This document shows, piece after piece, positions 7,867-17,074 of a stretch of DNA of 54,792 nt. The position numbers were made by a program, and so were the translations under genes. Positions within the stretch are counted from its first letter, which is position 1; each line of letters begins with the position of its first letter. This stretch comes from Clostridia bacterium (GTDB taxonomy: Bacteria > Bacillota > Clostridia > RGIG7378): positions 1 through 54,792 of the forward strand of contig JAZNEA010000093.1 of the NCBI GenBank assembly GCA_045588325.1. The letters run 5' to 3'. The notes under the pieces are model-generated. The model made no database searches and was not told the DNA's origin. It saw only the letters and a program-made list of their open reading frames with translations.

Positions 7867-8985
7867 TTAGTGGCAAATTGTAACCTCTGTTTCTTTGTCG
7901 AAGATGTGCATTTTCTTAATATCGAACGCAACTGTGATGTTGTCCTCTGGACGAGCCTTGGAGCTAGGATGTACCTTAGCTGTTACGCTGTTGCCGTCAA
8001 TGATGAGGTAAAGCAGTGTCTCTGCACCAAGTCTCTCAACAACCTCAACCTTGGCGTTAACTGTTCCAAGGGGATTGGCGTCGATGATCTCAGCCTGATC
8101 GGAAATGTTCTCAGGACGAATACCGATGTAAACTTCCTTACCCATGTAGCCGCCAGCCTTGATAGCCTCTACCTTGTCCTCGGGGAGAACGATCTGTGTT
8201 CTCTTACCGAACTCAGCAACTACGCGACCCTCGTCGTCCTTCTCAATACGAGCAACGATGAAGTTCATCTGAGGGCTGCCGATGAATCCTGCAACGAACA
8301 GGTTGTCGGGTCTGTTGTAAAGTACTACGGGACTCTCAACCTGCTGGATGATACCGTCCTTCATAACTACGATACGAGTACCCATTGTCATAGCCTCTGT
8401 CTGGTCGTGAGTAACGTAGATGAATGTTGTCTGCAACTTCTGGTGAAGCTTAGTAATCTCAGTTCTCATCTGAACACGGAGCTTAGCGTCCAAGTTAGAG
8501 AGAGGCTCATCCATCAAGAATACCTTAGGCTCACGAACGATAGCACGTCAAAGAGCAACTCTCTGTCTCTGACCTCCGGACAGAGCCATAGGCTTTCTGT
8601 TCAGCAAGTGCTCGATGCCGAGGATGCGAGCTGCCTCCTCAACACGTCTCTTAATCTCATCCTTGGGAGTCTTACGAAGCTTAAGACCAAAGGCCATGTT
8701 GTCGAATACTGTCATGTGAGGATACAGAGCGTAGTTCTGGAATACCATTGCGATATCTCTGTCCTTGGGTGCGATATCATTAACAACTCTGTCGCCAATC
8801 TTAACCTCGCCCTCGGAAATCTCTTCCAAACCAGCGATCATTCTGAGAGTAGTTGACTTTCCGCAACCGGAAGGTCCTACGAAAATAACAAATTCCTTAT
8901 CTGCGATATTGAGGTTGAAGTCCTTAACAGCAAGAACGTTGCCTGCATATCTCTTGTATACGTTAATAAGTTGTACACTTGCCAT
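7867..8985 (-). pseudogene. Multiple-sugar ABC transporter ATPase (MsmK/MsmX/UgpC-like) interrupted by an in-frame TGA at 8548-8550
   Basis: Walker A GPSGCGKS, signature [27 protein letters not shown]-terminal TOBE region; one frame throughout; ATG 8985 behind GGAGG. May be a sequencing error rather than a true pseudogene. Confidence 0.8.
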
Positions 8986-9176
8986 GAGTGTTACCTCCAT
9001 CAATAAAACTGTAACCATGATAGCAAAACTTACAGAGATATTCATCGGTAAACTGTCATGAAATAAACTCTCTAGTTTTGTTAGATTTGCATAATCTTGT
9101 GAAAAGAGCAAAAAAATGTGAAAAAATTCAAGAAAATGCAACAAAAGGCCATTTTTTGAACACAAAACGGCGAGCT

Positions 9177-9193
9177 TTGTGCAATTTGCACAA
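9177..9193. promoter_or_regulatory. Palindromic operator in the divergent ATPase/cdaR promoter region
   Basis: TTGTGCAA-T-TTGCACAA, 4 bp before a TATAAT (9198-9203); 13/17 degenerate copy at 9078-9094. Confidence 0.55.
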
Positions 9194-9302
9194 CCAGTAT
9201 AATTTATGTTATACTGTACGCGTAATCGACGACAAAAATGAGTCGTAGGATATTTTGGACGGGATGTTAGCTCATCCCAGACGTAGCCGGAGGAAAACGA
9301 AC

Positions 9303-10391
9303 ATGACGCAGAAGGTGTTTCAGACATTGATCAATCAGGCAAAGATGGTTATCGACAAGGAGTTCGGTATCGTCAATAGCGACGGAGTCATTGTTGCTTC
9401 CAACAATGACAGACACGTAGGCACATACTTGGAGGAGTACGACGAGGTCCTGGCTGCACGTCAGGAGACATACGTTTTGGACTCCGACACGTATATCAAT
9501 GTGGGCAATCGCCTCAGGCCAGAGTTTTTAGGATACATTAAGGGCGTAGGCGACCAGTACAACGTCGCATTGCATATGTTGCTCATCAGCGCATATGAGA
9601 TTAAGAATCTATACGATGAGAAGTTTGACAAGAGCCGTTTTCTTAAGAACGTTCTGCTCAACAACATTCTGCCTGCAGACATGATGCTCAGGTCCAGAGA
9701 GTTGGGCGTGGATGTGGATCAACCTAGAGTGGCCATGCTTATCCGCACCGAGAGGGAGAAGGAGATTCCGGTTTACGATGTTCTGCATCACATGTTCCCC
9801 GACACAGATACCTGCGCAGTTATCGTCATTGACGAGGGCAATATCGCGCTGATCCATACATTGACCCACAACGAGACAGATGAGCAGATCGAGCAAATGA
9901 CTCAGGTTATCAGAGACAACCTCTTCACAGAGACCATGATTCCTGCCAAAATCGGCGTAGGTGGCAGAGCAGCCTCTATCAAGGAACTGACTCGCTCCTT
10001 TAAGCAGGCTCAGGAGGCCATCGTCATCGGAGAGATATTCGAGGAAGACAAGAAGATTTACATGTACTCCAAGCTGGGCATTGGCCGTCTGGTATATCAG
10101 CTGCCCATTACAGCCTGTGAGCTGTTCATCAACGAGATTTTCAGAGATAACTCCCTGGAGAATCTGGACGAGGAGACAATGACCACTATTCTCAAGTTCT
10201 TTGAGAATAACCTCAACGTTTCTGAGGCCGCAAGACAGCTGTATATTCACAGAAACACATTGGTTTACAGACTTGAGAAGATTATGCGCAACACAGGCCT
10301 GGATCTTACCAACTTTGACCACTCCGTAGTATTCTATATTGCAATACTGCTTAAGAAATACCTTGCAAATAAAAAGGACAGCAAACTATGA
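9303..10391 (+). CDS. CdaR/PucR family transcriptional regulator
   Basis: C-terminal [32 protein letters not shown]; N-terminal sugar-diacid-recognition-like region; ATG behind GGAGG. Confidence 0.9.
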   Translation: MTQKVFQTLINQAKMVIDKEFGIVNSDGVIVASNNDRHVGTYLEEYDEVLAARQETYVLDSDTYINVGNRLRPEFLGYIKGVGDQYNVALHMLLISAYEIKNLYDEKFDKSRFLKNVLLNNILPADMMLRSRELGVDVDQPRVAMLIRTEREKEIPVYDVLHHMFPDTDTCAVIVIDEGNIALIHTLTHNETDEQIEQMTQVIRDNLFTETMIPAKIGVGGRAASIKELTRSFKQAQEAIVIGEIFEEDKKIYMYSKLGIGRLVYQLPITACELFINEIFRDNSLENLDEETMTTILKFFENNLNVSEAARQLYIHRNTLVYRLEKIMRNTGLDLTNFDHSVVFYIAILLKKYLANKKDSKL

Positions 10392-11104
10392 TTCAACCAG
10401 CCATCTCCTTCGAACAGGTATGCAAGACCTACACCAACGGCGTAGATGCCTTGGAGAATGTATCCTTTTCGGTGGATCCCGGCGAGTTTGTTTTCATTAC
10501 CGGGGCCAGTGGCTCAGGCAAGTCAACAATGATTAAGCTTCTCCTGAGGGAGATAAACGTGACATCCGGTCGTATTTCAGTTTTTGGTGAGGATATCACC
10601 CAGCTGGAACACGACCAGATTCCATTTTTGCGCCGTGAATATGGCGTTGTTTTCCAGGATTTTAAGCTGCTGATGGATCGCACGGTGTACGAGAACGTTG
10701 CCTTCGCCATGCGTGTGGTAGGTGCAACCCCCTCCGAGATCAGGAGGAGGGTTCCTGATGTGCTGTTTTTGACAGGGCTCACGTCCAAGGCCAAGGCCTA
10801 TCCAGGCCAGTTGTCCGGTGGAGAGCAGCAGAGGGTGGCCATAGCCCGCGCCGTAGCCAACAACCCCAAGATTTTGCTGGCAGATGAGCCCACAGGCAAC
10901 CTGGATCCTGAGATTGCAGATCAGATAATGGAGTTGTTCACAGATATCAATGAGACTGGCACCACTGTACTTATGATTACTCATGCCAGAGACCTGGTAA
11001 ACAAGTTGCACAAGAGAGTTCTTTCTATGGAGAGAGGCAGCTTGATCAGGGACAGCCATGACGGGGGATATCCCCAGGGGGAGGTAGATTCCCATGTGGA
11101 TTAA
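10388..11104 (+). CDS. ftsE: Cell division ATP-binding protein FtsE
   Basis: [41 protein letters not shown]; upstream of ftsX. Confidence 0.93.
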   Translation: MIQPAISFEQVCKTYTNGVDALENVSFSVDPGEFVFITGASGSGKSTMIKLLLREINVTSGRISVFGEDITQLEHDQIPFLRREYGVVFQDFKLLMDRTVYENVAFAMRVVGATPSEIRRRVPDVLFLTGLTSKAKAYPGQLSGGEQQRVAIARAVANNPKILLADEPTGNLDPEIADQIMELFTDINETGTTVLMITHARDLVNKLHKRVLSMERGSLIRDSHDGGYPQGEVDSHVD

Positions 11105-11993
11105 GCAATTGTCATACGCCCTGTCAGAGGGATTCCGCAACATCAGGAAGAACGGTCTTTCAGCCATTATGTCAGTGGGCATCGTTATGGTGTCCTTGCT
11201 TATAATGAATCTTGTATTTTCTGTGACGCTAGTAATACGACAAAACGTTTCCCAGTTGGAGCAGTCTGCTCAGGTGGAGGTTTTTTGTTACCCAGATGCC
11301 ACAGCAGAGGAGATCTCCGCAGTTGGATCTGCAATATACGCCCAGGATGGAGTGGCGTCTGTGACAGAACGCAGCCAGGAGGACAATTACCAGCTGTACA
11401 GAGAATATCTGGGAGAGGATGCATATCTGCTGGATCAGTACGACAGCAGCATTATTTCTCCGTCTTTTATCATCGACCTGGATAATGTGTCGGTGGGACA
11501 GGCCATAGTGGAGGCCATGGAGCAGGTGGATGGAGTGCAGAGCGTTCAGTTCCCTGGACAGGCGGCCAGAGCCATTTCTGCCATTGCCACAGGGTTGGAT
11601 GTTGCCAATATCGTGATTACTGTTTTCCTAAGCATTACATCTGCTTTTGTGATTTCAAACACTATTCGCATTGCCCTCATGACGCGCAAGAGGGAGATAG
11701 GCATTATGAGGCTCATAGGAGCCACTGACCAGTATATTCAGATGCCATTTTCTGCAGAGAGCATATTGCTGTCGGTAGTCGGAGCGGTGTTGGCGCTGGT
11801 GCTGTCGTCGATTATTTATAGCGCAATGGCCGGCGGGTTGCAGGCCAATTTGCAAAGTGGAGGCATGACATTTATCAGGATGTTGCCCCTCTGGAGGATT
11901 TTGGTAATAACTGCACCACTGAACATCCTGCTCAGTGCGTTGTTGGGATATGCAGGCAGCAAAATTTCCCTGCGCAAGTATCTGGAGGTGTAA
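11094..11993 (+). CDS. ftsX: Cell division permease FtsX
   Basis: Four-TM layout; ISNTIRIALMTRKREIGIMRLIGAT motif. Confidence 0.92.
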   Translation: MWIKQLSYALSEGFRNIRKNGLSAIMSVGIVMVSLLIMNLVFSVTLVIRQNVSQLEQSAQVEVFCYPDATAEEISAVGSAIYAQDGVASVTERSQEDNYQLYREYLGEDAYLLDQYDSSIISPSFIIDLDNVSVGQAIVEAMEQVDGVQSVQFPGQAARAISAIATGLDVANIVITVFLSITSAFVISNTIRIALMTRKREIGIMRLIGATDQYIQMPFSAESILLSVVGAVLALVLSSIIYSAMAGGLQANLQSGGMTFIRMLPLWRILVITAPLNILLSALLGYAGSKISLRKYLEV

Positions 11994-11995
11994 AA

Positions 11996-13207
11996 GTGAC
12001 AGCAATCAAGAAAATGATTCTGTTTTTCTTGCCGGTGCTGATGGTGTGTTTTGTGGCAGGGGCTTGGATCTCTCTGGCGGATGTGGACCAGATGCAGGAC
12101 GAATACGACAAAATATGGGAGCGGTTGGAGGATGTGGACTGGCTCATGAAGCAAAATGAGGCAGAGAAGCAGGAGGCTATACAGCAGGCCCAGCAATATC
12201 TCCAACAGTTGGAGGAGGCGGAGAGCCAGCTGAACCTTTCCCAGGAGCAAATAGACTACGTTCTGGCAGAGATGGAGTCGATTCAAACAGAATACAACAA
12301 GGCGGTAGAGGCCTACGACAGGTTGTACAACCAGGCCGCAGTCAGACTCAATGTAAATTTCCAGAACAGAAACACATCTTCTATAGACGCCATATTGGGC
12401 TGCGACAGTCTGATGGAGTCCCTCAGGATGATTTTCTTTGGCGTACAGGTGTCACAGGAGGATGTGGACCTGCTGCGGAGGCTCGAGGAGTCTAAGGAGG
12501 AACTGCAGATCAAACACAATCTGCTATACGAGGACAAGTTGGCACTGACGTTGCAGCAGGCAGATGACCAGGCCTCCCTGGAGGAGATAGAGGCCCTGTA
12601 CAACAGCACACAGGAACAGCTGCGCAGTATAGAGAGCATGTTCCTGAAACTGCAGCAGATGGAGGAGGACATGCTGGCCGAATCCGACAAATTGGCCCAG
12701 CTGATTAAGGATGCAGAGGAGGCTCTCAGACAGGAACAGGCTAAACCCACGGCCACCCCAGCCCCTGCAGTCAAGCCAACACCTACGCCTACGACACCTG
12801 CCTATACAGAAAAGTATATTTGGCCATGCCCCGATTACCCCGGCATCTCATCGTACTTTGGCATGAGACTGCACCCAATACATGGGGATTGGCGCTTGCA
12901 CAAGGGCATTGACATCAACGCGGCAGATTCTACATACATTAAAGCATCTGCAGCAGGCACAGTTATTGCGGCCCAATGGATGGACGGCTACGGGTATTGC
13001 ATCATGATCAGCCACGGAGGCGGAGTGGTAACGCTGTACGCCCACTGCTCCAAGATGTTGGTAACCACTGGGCAAAAGGTTTCCCAGGGACAGAACATTG
13101 CTTTGGTAGGCAGCACAGGTTTGTCCACAGGCCCTCACCTGCATTTTGAGGTACTGGTGAACAATACGCCACAGGATCCGTTAAATTATGTAAAACAGCC
13201 TAAGTAA
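11996..13207 (+). CDS. Murein hydrolase activator EnvC-like protein (coiled coil + M23 peptidase domain)
   Basis: Signal/TM, long coiled coil, PT-rich linker, M23 motifs HKGID, YAHCS and GPHLHFEV. Confidence 0.9.
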   Translation: MTAIKKMILFFLPVLMVCFVAGAWISLADVDQMQDEYDKIWERLEDVDWLMKQNEAEKQEAIQQAQQYLQQLEEAESQLNLSQEQIDYVLAEMESIQTEYNKAVEAYDRLYNQAAVRLNVNFQNRNTSSIDAILGCDSLMESLRMIFFGVQVSQEDVDLLRRLEESKEELQIKHNLLYEDKLALTLQQADDQASLEEIEALYNSTQEQLRSIESMFLKLQQMEEDMLAESDKLAQLIKDAEEALRQEQAKPTATPAPAVKPTPTPTTPAYTEKYIWPCPDYPGISSYFGMRLHPIHGDWRLHKGIDINAADSTYIKASAAGTVIAAQWMDGYGYCIMISHGGGVVTLYAHCSKMLVTTGQKVSQGQNIALVGSTGLSTGPHLHFEVLVNNTPQDPLNYVKQPK

Positions 13208-13231
13208 CAAATAATATATGAGGAAATAGAT

Positions 13232-14527
13232 ATGGATTATAATTATTCAGAAGAGCAAATGGAATTAGAGGCCCAGGCCAGAGAGGCTGACAGGAGAAAG
13301 GCCCTCAACAAGAGAATACTATACGCATTGGTTCTCGTTCTGGCATGTACACTCACGTGGTTTTTTACCCGCTCCTACTATAAGATTAAGGATGGGATGG
13401 GATTTAATTACGAATCCCTGTCCGAGGTAATCTCCGACGAGGAGGCCCTTGAGAAGTTTGTAGAGCAGATAGCGGTATTTAAGCAGTATTTCTACTTTGA
13501 CGCAACAGACGAACAGTTGATGGAGGGCGCATTGCGTGGCATGGCCAGCTATCTGGGAGATCCATACACCACATATTTTTCAAAGGAGGAGCTGGAGAGC
13601 TACAATGCCGAAATGGACGGCAGTTACGTGGGAATTGGCGTTTCAGTGACCATGGGCACAGACAACATGGTGACCATCCTTAAGGTTTTCCCCGATAGCC
13701 CTGCAGAGAAGGCAGGAATGATGAAGGGCGACAAGTTCCTCAAGGTGGGAGACGTGGACGTAACATCAGGATACGATACCAACGAAATCGTAACCTTGAT
13801 CAAGGGCGAGCCCGACACCACGGTTAACATAACATTTTATCGTCCCTCTACAGAGGAGACATTTGCCAAGGATGTGCAGAGAAAACAGATAACTAATTAC
13901 AATGTTACCTATGAAATGTTGGAATCTAATGTGGGATACCTGCAGATTGACTCCTTTGACGCCACAGTGGACACCCAGTTCGAAAAAGCCATGTCAGAAT
14001 TGATCAAGGCTGGAGCCCAGGGAATCGTCATTGACCTGAGAGACAACGGCGGTGGATACCTGCAGCAGACCCTCAACATGTGCGACACCCTTGTAGCCAA
14101 GAACGACGTTATGCTGACCCTCAAATATGCCAACAACCAGGAAGATGTTTACAAATCCTGGTCCAACCCAAAATACGAGGGAATCGAGCTGGTAGTTCTG
14201 GTAAATGAGTATAGCGCCAGTGCATCTGAGGTGTTTACCGGCGTCCTCAAGGACAGTGGCAGGGCCAAGGTTGTGGGAGTAACCACATTTGGCAAGGGAA
14301 TTGTACAGACAATGTACACCTATGACGATGGATCCGCCATCAAGCTGACGACAGCCAGCTATTTCACGCCCGGTGGGTACGAGATTCATAGCAATGGCAT
14401 CACACCTGATGTGGTGGAGGCAATTGATCCTGAGTATGAATTGTACTCTCCATCTGTAATACCAGAGGGTTGCGATAACCAGCTGAACAAGGCGGTAGAA
14501 GTATTAAAAGGTATGATAAATGAGTGA
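13232..14527 (+). CDS. S41 family C-terminal processing peptidase (CtpA-like)
   Basis: PDZ (GIGV), DLRDNGGG, SASASE, GKGIVQ, IKLTTASYFTP. Confidence 0.93.
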   Translation: MDYNYSEEQMELEAQAREADRRKALNKRILYALVLVLACTLTWFFTRSYYKIKDGMGFNYESLSEVISDEEALEKFVEQIAVFKQYFYFDATDEQLMEGALRGMASYLGDPYTTYFSKEELESYNAEMDGSYVGIGVSVTMGTDNMVTILKVFPDSPAEKAGMMKGDKFLKVGDVDVTSGYDTNEIVTLIKGEPDTTVNITFYRPSTEETFAKDVQRKQITNYNVTYEMLESNVGYLQIDSFDATVDTQFEKAMSELIKAGAQGIVIDLRDNGGGYLQQTLNMCDTLVAKNDVMLTLKYANNQEDVYKSWSNPKYEGIELVVLVNEYSASASEVFTGVLKDSGRAKVVGVTTFGKGIVQTMYTYDDGSAIKLTTASYFTPGGYEIHSNGITPDVVEAIDPEYELYSPSVIPEGCDNQLNKAVEVLKGMINE

Positions 14528-15278
14528 TACATACAGAGGGTTTGCCTCAGTCTACGATGCCCTGATGTACGACGTGGACTATCCAGGGCTGGTGGAGTAT
14601 ATTAACTCCCTGGCGACGATTAAGGGGGCCAAGGTGCTGGATTTGGGTTGTGGCACGGGCAGTGTGATGAAGTTGTTGCAGGAGCGGGGCTGCGTTGTCT
14701 CAGGTATGGATTTGTCCCAGGAAATGCAGGAAATGGCGCAGAAGAAGTGTCCGGGCAGCAAGGTTGTTGTGGGGGATATGACTTGCGCTGACAGCTACAA
14801 ACAATTGCCATACAGAGGGCAATACGACTTGGTTCTCAGCTTGCTGGATTGCATGAACTATCTGTCCACAGAGGACGCACTCTTGCATGCTTTTTCCAAT
14901 GCGTGGGATGCATTGGCGCCAGGAGGGCACCTGCTCTTTGACATGAACTCAGAACACAAGCTGTCCCAGGTTCTGGGCAACAATTTTTACTATGATTTGG
15001 GAGATGACGAGTGTTATCTCTGGGAAAACGAGTATGATCCAGACAGAAAAGTCTGCCGTTTTGATTTGACGTTTTTTGTCAAGGAGGCGGATGGACGTTA
15101 TGCCAGGGTTGATGAGGTTCATAGGGAATATGCGTACACTGCAGAACAGATAGCGGCGTTGCTGGAGAGAGCTGGGTTCGTCAACATTAAGATGTATGGC
15201 AACAGGACGCAGCATGAGCCGACGCTCGAAGAGGAGCGAATTTTTTACCTTGCGGTAAAGCCGCATGTTGGAGGTTAG
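14520..15278 (+). CDS. Class I SAM-dependent methyltransferase
   Basis: VLDLGCGTG, GMDLS, FDMNS motifs. Confidence 0.88.
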   Translation: MSDTYRGFASVYDALMYDVDYPGLVEYINSLATIKGAKVLDLGCGTGSVMKLLQERGCVVSGMDLSQEMQEMAQKKCPGSKVVVGDMTCADSYKQLPYRGQYDLVLSLLDCMNYLSTEDALLHAFSNAWDALAPGGHLLFDMNSEHKLSQVLGNNFYYDLGDDECYLWENEYDPDRKVCRFDLTFFVKEADGRYARVDEVHREYAYTAEQIAALLERAGFVNIKMYGNRTQHEPTLEEERIFYLAVKPHVGG

Positions 15279-15281
15279 GCA

Positions 15282-16166
15282 ATGGAAAACAATCCAAATA
15301 TGTTAGTCAGAGGAACTGCTGCCAATGGGCACATTATGTTCTTTTCGTTAGATTCTACACAATTGGTGGAGGAGGCCCGTGTTAAGCATAATCTGAGCCC
15401 CTTGTCCACGGTGGTGCTAGGTCGACTCCTTACGGCGGCAGCATTGGCCGGGCAGGAACTCAAGGGTGAAAAGGATGTCTTGACCATGATACTCAAGGGA
15501 AGTGGTCCTGCAGGAACGGTATTGGTCACCGCTGATTCAAAGTCAAGGGTTAAAGGATATATAGACAATATTAATCTGGAGACCAGGAGTCGAGAGGATG
15601 GGCATTTTGATGTGGCATGGGCGGTTGGTCCAGAGGAGGGATATTTGACCGTAATTCGCGATCTGGGTCTCAAGGAACCCTATTTAGGGAGGACAGAGTT
15701 AATCTCAGGAGAAATCGCAGAGGATGTTGCGTATTATTACGCAGTTTCTCAGCAGACACCGTCGGTAGTTTCCTTGGGCGTGCTTATTGATACAGATAGC
15801 AGCGTAAAGCATGCAGGTGGGTTTATGCTGCAGTTGCTCCCTAATACGCCGGATGAGGTGATAGATGCACTGGAGCCCCTGGTAGGTGGGTTCCCACCTG
15901 TAACATATCTGCTGGAGCAGGGATTTACAGCGGCAGAACTTATGGATTTGTTGCTGAACAGGCTGGGATTCGAAATAACAACACGGACCACAGCGGAGTA
16001 TTACTGTGATTGTTCCAGGGAACGCATGGAGCGCAAGCTTATGACCATAGGCAAGGCAGACCTCCAGAGCATAGTGGATGACGATCAGGAAGGTGTGGAA
16101 CTGGTATGCAACTTCTGCAATACAGCGTACAATTTTACTAAGGAAGATGTAAAAAAACTAATCTAG
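15282..16166 (+). CDS. hslO: Hsp33 redox-regulated chaperone HslO
   Basis: LGRLLTAA, SGEIAED, AGGFMLQLLP, CDCS...CNFC zinc centre. Confidence 0.95.
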   Translation: MENNPNMLVRGTAANGHIMFFSLDSTQLVEEARVKHNLSPLSTVVLGRLLTAAALAGQELKGEKDVLTMILKGSGPAGTVLVTADSKSRVKGYIDNINLETRSREDGHFDVAWAVGPEEGYLTVIRDLGLKEPYLGRTELISGEIAEDVAYYYAVSQQTPSVVSLGVLIDTDSSVKHAGGFMLQLLPNTPDEVIDALEPLVGGFPPVTYLLEQGFTAAELMDLLLNRLGFEITTRTTAEYYCDCSRERMERKLMTIGKADLQSIVDDDQEGVELVCNFCNTAYNFTKEDVKKLI

Positions 16167-16188
16167 CTCCCGCTAGATTAGTTTTTTT
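16151..16188 (+). terminator. Intrinsic terminator after hslO
   Basis: 17-bp perfect stem AAAAAAACTAATCTAGC / GCTAGATTAGTTTTTTT. Confidence 0.85.
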
Positions 16189-16335
16189 GTTAAGAGATAA
16201 AAGTTAAGAGATAAAAGTGAAAAGTTAAGAAAGTTGGTTAGATATGAGTTGGGAGTTGACCAACTTTTCGTTTGCCAACTTTATTCACTCTTCACTCTTA
16301 GTTCTTAACTGAGATTTTCACTTTTCGCTTTTAAC
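16189..16335. repeat. Heptamer-built inverted-repeat element, copy 2
   Basis: GTTAAGAGATAAAAGTTAAGAGATAAAAGTG...AAAGTTGGTTAG...GCCAACTTT...CACTCTTCACTCTTAGTTCTTAACT. Confidence 0.85.
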
Positions 16336-16383
16336 TAAAACAACGGGGGACAAAAAGTTGTCAAAAAAATCTTTATAAACCCC

Positions 16384-16412
16384 TTGACAGTATGTAGGCG
16401 AATGTGTAAAAT
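16384..16412 (+). promoter_or_regulatory. Strong sigma-70 promoter of the tRNA operon
   Basis: TTGACA-17 bp-TAAAAT with an upstream A-tract region. Confidence 0.8.
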
Positions 16413-16463
16413 AACCCTTGCTTTCGCACGGAACAGATTGTTTCTGATGAGGCGAGGGATAGT

Positions 16464-16540
16464 GGCCCGGTAGTTCAGTTGGTTAGAATGCCAGCCTGTC
16501 ACGCTGGAGGTCGTGGGTTCGAGCCCCATCCGGGTCGCCA
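16464..16540 (+). tRNA. tRNA-Asp(GTC)
   Basis: GGCCCGGTAGTTCAGTTGGTTAGAATGCCAGCCTGTCACGCTGG...TTCGAG...GGGTCGCCA. Confidence 0.95.
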
Positions 16541-16548
16541 CTATTTTT

Positions 16549-16624
16549 GGTCAGATAGCTCAGTTGGTAGAGCAGTGGACTGAAAATCCACGTGTCGTTA
16601 GTTCAATTCTAATTCTGACCACCA
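16549..16624 (+). tRNA. tRNA-Phe(GAA)
   Basis: GGTCAGATAGCTCAG...GTGGA-CTGAAAA-TCCAC...TTCAAT...CTGACCACCA. Confidence 0.93.
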
Positions 16625-16626
16625 AT

Positions 16627-16701
16627 GCGGGTTTAACTCAGTGGTAGAGTGTTACCTTGCCAAGGTAAAAGTCGCGAGTCCGAATCTCGTAACCCGCTCC
16701 A
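16627..16701 (+). tRNA. tRNA-Gly(GCC)
   Basis: GCGGGTTTAACTCAG...TTACC-TTGCCAA-GGTAA...AACCCGCTCCA; T-loop reads TCCGAAT. Confidence 0.9.
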
Positions 16702-16732
16702 AAGGCCGTTCATACGAACGGCCTTTTATTTT
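16701..16732 (+). terminator. Terminator of the tRNA operon
   Basis: AAAGGCCGTTC-ATAC-GAACGGCCTTTT. Confidence 0.85.
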
Positions 16733-16913
16733 TTGTCCTGGGACGCTGTTTGCATATTATTCATGGTTTTTGCATAAGCTTTGCGGTGGCCGATTCCACA
16801 TGAACATGTTAGAAAGAGCGGGACCAAAGCTTTTATATCATTATATTCACTATAGTTCTCGACAGAAATCGACAGCAGTTTGTATATTTTTGCTTATTTC
16901 TGCATCAATAAGG

Positions 16914-16941
16914 TTGACAAGTTCGGTATATGTGATATCAT
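16914..16941 (+). promoter_or_regulatory. Probable promoter of the Opp operon
   Basis: TTGACA-16 bp-TATCAT with an extended TG. Confidence 0.5.
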
Positions 16942-17074
16942 TTACGAATTCCTATACCCTCGCAGTCTGCTTTTCTTTCATTGAAATGTACACTTTAAGC
17001 AGTGTGATCGATGAAGAGAAAAGGAGGTCGCGAGAGTAAACAAATATTCAGAATTCATAAATGGAGGAAACATT

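Noticed and set aside
8548-8550. Genome-wide TGA=Gly recoding (code 25) or selenocysteine
   Set aside because: TGA ends many complete genes here (ctpA, oppA, srtB, TIR, comF); the expected residue is Gly rather than Cys, and no SECIS-like hairpin follows
7747-8856. 369-aa plus-strand ORF opposite the sugar ATPase
   Set aside because: Antisense shadow caused by biased codon usage; no recognisable motifs
16335-17039. ORFs 16335-16541 and 16641-17039, and 32948-33268
   Set aside because: They overlap tRNA genes, promoters and terminators; these are classic spurious translations
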